A DNA stretch of 64,000 bases from positions 224,001 through 288,000 of the forward strand of contig CBDAOI010000003.1 in the NCBI GenBank assembly GCA_965198005.1, given 5' to 3'. The position numbers and the translations under genes are program-made. Positions within the stretch are counted from its first letter, which is position 1. Each line of letters opens with the position of its first letter. Source of the stretch: Spirochaetia bacterium. Lineage in GTDB: Bacteria; Spirochaetota; Spirochaetia; SZUA-6; Bin103. The notes beneath the pieces are model-generated. The model saw nothing but the letters and a program-made list of their open reading frames with translations, had not been told where the DNA came from and searched no databases. Below, one piece after another: positions 56,025-64,000 of the stretch.

Positions 56025-57809
56025 CTAATGACCCATCGCTTCCTTGAGGTCTGAGTCGAGCCAGACTCGGGAGAGGTAGAGCCAGTGGCTTCCGCCTCCC
56101 ATGGTCCTTTCCCCGTTGTAACCCGCCATCCACGGCTGCCAGAAGATGAAATTTGGCCGCATTGGGCCCCATGTCGTCCACTGCTGCTCGGTGAAGTACG
56201 TATCCGCCTCCTTCACCAGCTCCATCATCTCCTCGGTGCTGCCGGCGTTTTCGGCAGCTTCAACCATGGCATCATAGACCGGGTCCTGGACTCCGGGTGT
56301 ATTCGTCCACACATCGACCGAAGAATGAGCTACGGTCCTGATGGCCCCAAGTGGCCACCAGGGGACGCCTCTTATCCCAATGGTCATACCTCCTTCGTAA
56401 GTATGGGTGCTCAAGCGTGGCGCCAGGACGGCCCACTCCATGATGTCAATCTCGACATCAACGCCAATCTGGGCCCAGTAGTCCACGGACAATTGTGTAT
56501 AGTCTAGGTTATTGTAAAACGTGAGGGTGGGGGCGAGCCCGATTTTGGTCTTGAAGCCATTGGGATAGCCGGCTTCCGCCAGAAGCTGCTTCGCCCTTTC
56601 CGGGTCGTAGGCGTGGTTGTCTTTGATCTGCTGCGGCCACTCCTCAAATGGGGTGTAGAACCCGGGGTGAGCCGGGTTAACAATCCCGTAAGGTGTCGTG
56701 TCGCCATGCCCCTCAAACAAGGTGTCGTTGATTGTCTCGAGGTCCAGCGCCAGCTGCATCGCCGTGCGCACCCGGATGTCATCGAAGGGCGGCTTGCGCA
56801 CATCCATGGCGAATGTCCACGGCGTGTTCAGCGTGGTTGTCCATAAGAGTTCGGGGTTGGTCATCTGGAGGGCCTTCGCCTGATCCACAGTAACCGACCA
56901 CATCCGAGCGATCTTGCCCGTGCGCAGCGCCGCCAACAGTGTGGATGAGTCCGGTATTATGAGCGACTTGACCTCGTCGAGGTAGGGCAGGCGGTTCTCC
57001 GGGAACTTCTCGTCGTAGCCCCAGTAGTTGGGGTTCTTGGTGTAGGTTACGGAGCTGTCCTTCACCCAGTCCGTCAGCATGTACGGCCCGGTACCGACCA
57101 GGTTCCTCCAGTCCTGAGCGTCTCCGTGTTCCTCGATTACCTCTGGCGGATATATAAAGGCGCCATCGTGGCTATTGATGATTGCCATAAAAGCACTGAA
57201 GTCCCGCTTGGTCAGCTTGAAGACAACCGTGTACTTGTCGGTCGCGTCTATCGATTCAATTGGCGCGCCGGTGAGAACGTGGGCGTACGGGCTCTTCTCG
57301 GTGAAGCCGCTGCCCAGACCAAACATGCGGTGGAAGTGGAACACGATGTCCTCGGCAACCAGCTCACGCCCGTTCAGCGGGGGCTTGTCCTGCCAGTGAA
57401 CGCCCTTGCGAATGTGGAAGATATAGGTTGTATCGTCGGGCGTTTCCCAGCTTTCAGCAAGCAGTCCTCTGTGGACAGATAGAGGAGGGTCCAAACTTTT
57501 AAAATCCCATTTGTCTCTGGGCGTTGCCCAGTCTGCTATGCCCAGCTTCTCCAGGACTAGGGTAACGAGCTCTCTCGCCCCGGCACCCCACCAGAGGTCT
57601 GCGTGCGGACCGAGCGGAGAATTCCAGCCTTGAGCGATCCTACCACCGTACTGTGGCGCCACCACCACCTTACCGGTGGTGGGGTCGGTCACATACTTCT
57701 TGTCGGCGGCGGCTGCCGGCTCCTCTTCTGAGCCAGCGGCCCACAGGCCGGTAGCGGTCAGAATCAGGACCAACGCAATCGCGAAGGTCCTTGCAAAAAA
57801 TATCTTCAT
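56025..57809 (-). CDS. ABC substrate-binding protein, family 5
   Basis: Paralog of 4937..6757: PQYGG, LAESWE, VGTGPY, AKQLLAEAGYPNG. Confidence 0.92.
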   Translation of the reverse strand: MKIFFARTFAIALVLILTATGLWAAGSEEEPAAAADKKYVTDPTTGKVVVAPQYGGRIAQGWNSPLGPHADLWWGAGARELVTLVLEKLGIADWATPRDKWDFKSLDPPLSVHRGLLAESWETPDDTTYIFHIRKGVHWQDKPPLNGRELVAEDIVFHFHRMFGLGSGFTEKSPYAHVLTGAPIESIDATDKYTVVFKLTKRDFSAFMAIINSHDGAFIYPPEVIEEHGDAQDWRNLVGTGPYMLTDWVKDSSVTYTKNPNYWGYDEKFPENRLPYLDEVKSLIIPDSSTLLAALRTGKIARMWSVTVDQAKALQMTNPELLWTTTLNTPWTFAMDVRKPPFDDIRVRTAMQLALDLETINDTLFEGHGDTTPYGIVNPAHPGFYTPFEEWPQQIKDNHAYDPERAKQLLAEAGYPNGFKTKIGLAPTLTFYNNLDYTQLSVDYWAQIGVDVEIDIMEWAVLAPRLSTHTYEGGMTIGIRGVPWWPLGAIRTVAHSSVDVWTNTPGVQDPVYDAMVEAAENAGSTEEMMELVKEADTYFTEQQWTTWGPMRPNFIFWQPWMAGYNGERTMGGGSHWLYLSRVWLDSDLKEAMGH

Positions 57810-57914
57810 CGTTTCTTCCTTGAATGTTATTTCGAGAGTATTGCGAAGCGGATTGCCGCTCCCTGGCTACTCTCGCGCCCGACAACGCGGACGGCCAGTC
57901 TGAGTCAGATTGGT

Positions 57915-58002
57915 GACGCGCGCGGCGTGTGACTCACCGGGTTCGCCCGGGCTCACGCCGCGCGCGCGTGCGGTTCTTTCAGTATCATCTTCACCTCCTT
58001 CT
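57915..58002 (-). promoter_or_regulatory. Putative leader peptide (MILKEPHARAA, 57953-57988) overlapping a long hairpin
   Basis: AAGGAGGTG SD precedes the ATG. Inverted repeat acgcgcgcggcgtg...ccggg-ttcg-cccgg...cacgccgcgcgcgt. Confidence 0.45.
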
Positions 58003-58316
58003 TGGGGCACAGGGTGCCCTGCCAGATGGCTGACGTAAGATGGGATCCGCGTGCGCGCCCCATCATGCAAACGCCCACCGCTCGGCGGACGTCGGGACCT
58101 GCGTCACGACGCCACGCGGGGCGGTGGTCGGCCGAGCAACGAATGTGGTTGACCGGCGACGTCGGTCGGTTCTGTGACGGTGAGTTGGGGGGCGGCGATC
58201 CAGGACCGGTGCGGTCGTAGCCGGCCGCTACCCCGGTGCTGAAGGCGACGGCGTGCGCGGGGTCGCGTACGGGGCGATCAGCCGGAGCGGTTAGTTGTTT
58301 CTCGGTTTGAAAAAGT

Positions 58317-58336
58317 GGGGGGGGGGGGGGGGGGGG
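58317..58336. repeat. G20 homopolymer
   Basis: 20 consecutive G. Confidence 0.9.
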
Positions 58337-58352
58337 CACCGGCTGCGTCACT

Positions 58353-58698
58353 GCCAACCGGTCACTGCGCTGACTGTCGTCGCGGCGCTTCATCATCGAT
58401 CCGTCGGACCCCAAGCGAGGGAAGCTTGCTATGGACGCGAGCACCCTGTCAACGACTCGGACGTCACCGAACGTCACCGGCCACTGCGCTGGCTGTCGTC
58501 ATGGCGCGTCATCATCGATCCGTCGAACCCCAAGCGAGGCAAGCTTGCTATGGGCGCGGCCACCCTGTCAACGACTCGGAGGTGACCGACCCTGACCGCC
58601 AACCGGTCACTGCGCTGACTGTCGTCATGGTGCGTCATCATCGATCCGTCGAACCCCAAGCGAGGCATGCTAGCGTGGGCGCGCCCACCCTGTCAACA
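58353..58698 (-). repeat. Three imperfect ~120-bp tandem repeats, each with a TTGACA box on the minus strand
   Basis: Shared catcatcgatccgtcgaaccccaagcgagg and caccctgtcaac. tgtcaa occurs at 58447, 58566 and 58691. Confidence 0.88.
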
Positions 58699-58749
58699 GC
58701 GCCGCCCCGTGCGCCCCCTGCGTGCGCGGCCGACCGGCAGCCGGGGCGG

Positions 58750-59420
58750 TGTCACGCCCGATGGCCCGTGACCTCCACCCGTGGCGCCCTCCCTGGCGCC
58801 CCAGGTGGCATGTAGCTCCCGGCCCGCGACAGGGACGTCGTGGGCTGGGAGCCCGGTGGCAACTCCGGAGGCGCGCCCGCAACGCGCTCGACCAGATCAA
58901 CCAGCGCCGGGCTGGGGATGGGCGTGACCTGGCCGGTCAGCTCGAAGCGGCGCCTGGCATCGTAGTGTCTGCGCATCATAGGGCACCGCAGACCCAGTCG
59001 GCGAAGTGCACGGGTAACTCATCACACGACTGACGCGTCGTCCGTTCGTCGGCCCCGTCCATGGGGCCCAGCATAGGCGTTCCCGCGCCATGGAGGGCGC
59101 GGGCGATTGCGCGCGTCTGGAGTCAACACCCATCACGCTCACCAGCGACGGGTCATGGAACCCGCTGACCGACCCGGTCAGTCTGAAAGCAGCGACTGGC
59201 ATCGCAGGGTCTGTGCATCATCGTAGCGAAGGTCGGAGGCCACCACCCGGCAGTAGCCGGCGGTTGGGAGGCCACGCCACACGAGCCGTGAACCCGCTCC
59301 CCACCGACCGTCGGCAGGCCGCTCGGGGAACAACACCACCGACCTCGGGGTGAGTCCGGCGGGGAAGCCGGGCACCGGTAAACTCTTCACACGGCTGACG
59401 CGTCGTCCGTTCGTGGGCAG
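58750..59420 (-). repeat. Degenerate tandem copies of the SLOG-like gene end and its downstream sequence
   Basis: 58768-58812 ~ 59634-59678, 59230-59340 ~ 59908-60063, 58934-58978 ~ 59175-59221, and ctgacgcgtcgtccgttcgt at ~59030 and ~59395. Confidence 0.7.
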
Positions 59421-59834
59421 ACACGGTCACTCGCAACAAAGGGGCCTTCGGACACGTTCTGAATCGGCCAATGGGCCCTTTTGCCGGATCACAGGTATCG
59501 CCATTGTGCTGATGCCGCGGGCGCACCGCTAGTGACGGTTGGCCGGTGGTGCCCGCGCGGATCGTGGCGGCGTGAGAGGTAGCGCTGCCACGTCATGCCG
59601 CCGCCTCATCGGCCGCGGCAGAGCTCGTAATCGGTGACCTGCACCCGTGGCGCCCTCCCTGGCGCCACGGGTGGCATACGGCCCACAGACCACGACACGA
59701 GGTCGGGGGCTGTGGGCTGCTTCGCTGGTCCGGAGGGGGGGGCCGGAAGGCGACCGAGCAGGTCGGCGAGCGCCGGGCTGTGCATGGGCGTTGCCTTGCC
59801 GGTCAGCGGGAAGCCGATGCTCCGATCTCGACCC

Positions 59835-60384
59835 TCAGTACTCGTCGTCACAGAGGCCGTCGCGGAAGGTGTGCGGCACCACCCAGTAGCCGTCGACCGT
59901 GGCGAACAGGTCGGAGGCCACCACCTGACAGAACGCCGGAGCGACAGGCGACCGTGAGGCCACCACGAAAGTCGGCTTGAGGTGGTAGAGCGCCGAGCGA
60001 TAGGCAAGCCGCGAGCCCGACCCCCACTGGCGGTCGGCGGGCCGCTCGGGGAACAGCACCACCAGCGAGCTGCGCTTGACCAGCCACAGGGTGCGCCGCG
60101 CCAGCGCCGCCCGGGGCGGGATGCCCTCGGGCACCACCGCCGAGGCGAACAGTCCCTCGGCCCGGCAGCGCCGTGCGCGCTGGCCGAACGCGTAGCCGAC
60201 GAACACCTCGTCGGGGCCGCACGCTGAGTGGGCCAGCGCCGCCCGGAACGCCGCATCGACGCGTCGCGCAACCCACGAAGAACCCGAACCCGTGCCGGCG
60301 GAACCGGTCGATCAGCGCGCGGCAGACCAGCTGCTCCACCTGCCCGCGGCGGCTGCCGGCAAACAGCACCGAGCGCGCCGCCAC
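59835..60384 (-). pseudogene. SLOG/DprA-like Rossmannoid protein, frameshifted at ~60262
   Basis: VLFAGSR...FFVGCAT/VDAAFRAA...ALARRT..LV..SSLVVLFP...GSGS...A...KPTFV. Confidence 0.5.
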
Positions 60385-60465
60385 CTTGAACCGCAGCGCC
60401 GGCTGATGGGGTAATCACGATGACCTCTGATCGCCTGAGGTACTGCTGGCGCGAACCCGACCGCG

Positions 60466-62564
60466 CTACGCGGCCGGAGCAGAGCGGTAGCTGGCACAGC
60501 GCGGGTCGCGCCGTCGGTTATGGACGGTGCAGCGCAAACGCAAATTGACCATGTCGTTACTGCCGCCCTGCGCCACCGGCACGATGTGGTCGATCTGCAC
60601 CAGGTGGGTCGACCCGCAGGTCACGCCGGTGAGCGGGTCCTGGTAGCAGCAAGCCCCACCGTCCCTCCGCCACACCGCACGTCGCACCGCCGCCGGAATG
60701 TGCCGCCTCCCCCGGCGCGCGCGGGCGGATTCGGGTGCTGGCGGCTGCGACGCCGTGCGATCTCCGGACAGCCGCGCTCGCACCCCGCAGTGCAACTCGG
60801 CGTCCGTCCGGGAAGGCCCCTTCCCTGCCCGCGGCGCCTGCTGGTTCTGCGCCGAACTCGGAGTGCCGCGGCGAACCTGCTCGCTTCCCGGGGTCGCTAC
60901 TGTCTGCGCTTGCCGGTTCGGCGCCGAACCGCGGGCAGGTGCGACGCTGGAGTCGGCCGCAGCAGGACCGGGCGCAGGAGAGCTGGCAGCGACCGAGCCG
61001 GCGTAGCGCGGAGTCCGAGCACCACTCCGATCCGCTGCCCGCGGCGCTTGTTGGTTCTGCGCAGAACTGCCACCGCGTGCGCCCGCGGTGCCGGCGGCGA
61101 CCGGACCGCGGAAAGCCGCCATCAACCGAGCCGGCGTGGCGGAAAGCCGCCATCAACCGAGCCGGCGTGGCGCGAACTGTCCGATCGCCACGTCCGAGTC
61201 CGATCGCCACTCCGATCCGCTGCCCGCGGCGCCTGTTGGTTCTGCGCCGAACCGCCGGCAAGTGCGACGCCGAGGCCGGCGGCCGCCGGAGCGGCAGTGA
61301 AACAGCTCGCATCGACCGAGCCGGCGGCGACCGGAGCGGGTGCGGGGCTGCCAGCAACCGGACCCGCGGCAACCGAACTGCGGGCAGCCGCGGTCGCGGG
61401 CACCCCCTCGTCAGGCGCTCCGGCGGCGCAAGTCGACGAGCCGGCCTTGGATGCAACCGCGGCCACCACATCACCGGTAGCCCGGTGTTCGTCGGTGACG
61501 GCGAGATGCTGCTCGCACGTCTCGGCGGGCCGCGCCGGCACCGCCGCCCCCCGCTTGGCGCGACTCCGCTCCCGCATCGGGTCGTACTTCCGCTCCGCCT
61601 GCTGCAGCAGGTAGGCGAGCAGTTGCCCGGTGGTGAAGCCCGGGTTCACGTGCGACAGCCAGCCCTTCAGCTTGGCGATGGTCCCTATACTGCTCTGGTC
61701 CAGGATCACCCGCACCGCGTAGCGGCCGCCGCCGAGGGCGCGCTGCTGCTCTCGCGGCAGGTCCAGCTCGGGCTCCAGTTCCGCCAGCAGCTTCTCGGTC
61801 TCACGGGCCGACTTGTTGGCGACCAGATCGACCAGTTCGACCTTCTGGTCCCGGGTCCATGCCGGTGGTGGTTCCGTCGCGGGCGGCGACGGCGCAGACT
61901 CGCGGGCCGCACCCGGGGGCGGCGACGCAGCGGCTGACGCCAACGCCGCCGGGGATGCGGCCGCGGCCTTCCCGGCTGCGGCGGCGGTTTCCGCAGCCGG
62001 CGACGTCGCCGGCCCTGGCGCCAGCGTTGCGGCAGGCGCGGCTTCCTGGGTTCCCGCGACTTTCGTCTGCGCCGGGTGCACCCCACCAGCCGACGACTCC
62101 TCGGCGCCCACCCTTACAGCGCCCGCCGCCGACACGCTCGCCGACACGCTCGCCCGCTCACGGACGGCTTTACGGGAAGCCTTACGAGCCGCTTTCCGCG
62201 CACGCTTTTCAATCGCGTTCTGCAACTGACTCGCGGTCGTGAGATTCAACTCGCCGCTGCGCAGCTTGTCTGCTATCCCTGGCATTTCACGACACAACTT
62301 CATCACCATGATTCTCCGCCAAGCGCATCCATTACTGTAGTTCAGCTCCCGTACCGCGTACGCGAACAGACTCGGATAGCCACGTTCTTCGTACAGCTCA
62401 CGGCGCTCTATTTCGTCCAAGTGCTGGATCGTAACGATGGTGAGTTCAGTCTCGTGGCGCGCCAGTTCTCTGGTCCTGAACAGTAGATCAGCGTCGCTTA
62501 CCAAGTGGAAAGTGTTGGGTACATCGAGAGACTGGCAAGAGGCATCAGATACGACATTATTCAT
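60466..62564 (-). pseudogene. DUF222-like N-terminus plus C-terminal HNH endonuclease, frameshifted in a repetitive linker
   Basis: GYPSLFAYAVRELNYS..AWRR..LRSGELNLT, and RHIPAAVRRAVWRRDGGAC...IDHIVPVAQGGSN..NLRLRC..HN. Frames break at ~61120. Confidence 0.8.
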
Positions 62565-62639
62565 GTCGATAGTATACCACGAAGCGAAAGAATATGCAAC
62601 CTTACAGCGGCGCAATTCTAGAATGATCCATGATTCGAT

Positions 62640-63977
62640 GTAACCATTTAGCCGGGGGTGGCTGACGTGAGGCAGGGAGGGGTTGTCGGGTGGCCGGCAA
62701 AGACGCTCCGCAGGGCTTCAATTACGTTGCCGCCGTTCTTCCGGACATGAACGCCAGCACCCCGCGCCAGCGGCTGGCCAGCCGTAGCACCAGGTTACGT
62801 GGTTTGCTCTGCTTCTTGCGTCCACGCTTCTTGCGGCTGCCGGGTGGCTCTGGCGGCGGCGGATTGGCGCGCAGCCCGGCGTTCATGATCCTGCGGTACT
62901 CGGCGGCAAACCGTTTGCGCAGTGGCCCGTACAGCCGCGTACGCCCCTCCTCGACCGCGCTTGCTACCGCTCCCTTGATCTCCAGCAGCAACTCGATCAG
63001 CTCTTGGGTCCACTCCTGCCCGTACTGCTCGTGTATGAAGATCAAATCGCGCAGATGATGCGCGTTGCACAGCCCATGGCGGCAGTCGTAGCGGAAGTAG
63101 CTTTGCCAGTGATCGTGCACCGCAGTCCCTGCAAACTCCGGCAAGATGCCGATCTCGGCAAATGCTTGCTGACCCCGCTTCGCGTGCGCCGCGTAGTAGG
63201 TCAGCAATTCCGTGCTCGCCACGTGTAGCCACTGCAGCTTGCCGTTGATACTCATCCCGGTCTCATCGAAGCCGACCACCGGCTGACCACTGATAGCAGC
63301 ACGGATGGTTTCGTTGATCCCCGCCACGCGCTGCCCGCAGAGGTCGTTGATGTTCACCAACGTCCCCACACTAATCGGAATCGAGAACAGATCCTCGAAC
63401 AGCTCCGCCGTTCTCTGATACGGCAGCGGGCCGTAATTCTTCAGATACGTCGCTATCGCTTGCAGCCGGCAGCCGTACTGCACCGGCTGCTCCCAGTCCA
63501 CTACCGGCTCGTCGGCCAGCGCTGCGCCACACCGACAGCGCTCCACACGGCGCACCGTGACCGCGTCCGCTTGCTCCACTTGACGTAGCGTCGCCCCAGG
63601 ATGCTCGGGCTGCCCTCCCGGACGCCTGTCCGTGCGCTCCCGGCGCTTCGATTTGCGCTTTTGCTGCTTACGTTCGAAGGTGTCCCGCGACGGTGGCTTG
63701 CCGCTGTCGTGACTGTCCTTCTTCAGCTCTTGGAGCTCCTGCTCCAGTGCCGCGATCCGTTGCGCCTGCCGCTCACCGGTTACCGTGAATTCTTGGATGA
63801 TCTTCCCGATCAACTCGACCACCGCTTCCCGGCCTCGAGCGTAGACCTCAAGTATCTGCTCACGCGTGAGCTTGAAGCCCGCGTCCATTCCCCCCCAGCC
63901 CTGCCGCCAATCTAGCATCCTGTTCCAAGCAAGTCTATCCTATTCCTCAAATTCCTTTCAGCGGGCTGAATAGTTAA
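62640..63977 (-). mobile_element. IS66-family element with deleted, truncated transposase (ORF 62722-63888)
   Basis: KDSHDSGKPPS, PGGQPEHPG, FDETG, WLHV, VHD, CNAHHLRDL. Imperfect IRs GTAACCATTTAGCC (62640) and GGCTGAATAGTTAA (63964-63977). Confidence 0.88.
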
Positions 63978-64000
63978 GTAGTTTTTCTGATGACGGTGCC

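Noticed and set aside
58353-58698. CRISPR array
   Set aside because: Units are ~120 bp and mostly conserved throughout, there are only three, there are no unique spacers of regular length, and no cas genes are in the window.

Overview
High-GC bacterial chromosome segment. The substrate-binding protein N-termini resemble those of spirochaete-type lineages, which is inference only. Core and metabolic genes (acs, amt, nitrite/sulfite reductase, mutM, thyX, short purH, fni, larA-like, M16 protease, aminotransferase, two family-5 peptide ABC operons) alternate with eroding accessory DNA. Accessory content: (1) three near-identical Uma2-like PD-(D/E)XK nuclease genes, each with the same leaderless-type promoter, a shared upstream region and an Rpn-like C-terminal tail; (2) a defence island with an ABC/AAA ATPase (DUF3696-type), a PIN-like gene and an RNA ligase, plus darG/darT and a decayed partial second copy; (3) a type II R-M pair; (4) several toxin-antitoxin modules; (5) IS4 and IS66 remnants; (6) a DUF222/HNH gene; (7) a SLOG-like gene with degenerate tandem copies; (8) a 3x ~120-bp array carrying TTGACA promoter boxes next to a G20 tract. 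Across the window, internal deletions of about 100-300 bp have hit the toxic partners (DarT, REase, PIN RNases) while darG and the methyltransferase stay intact. Displaced gene 3'-end duplicates and short slippage repeats mark several junctions. No rRNA, tRNA or CRISPR array was seen. Family calls come from recognised motifs, not database searches.
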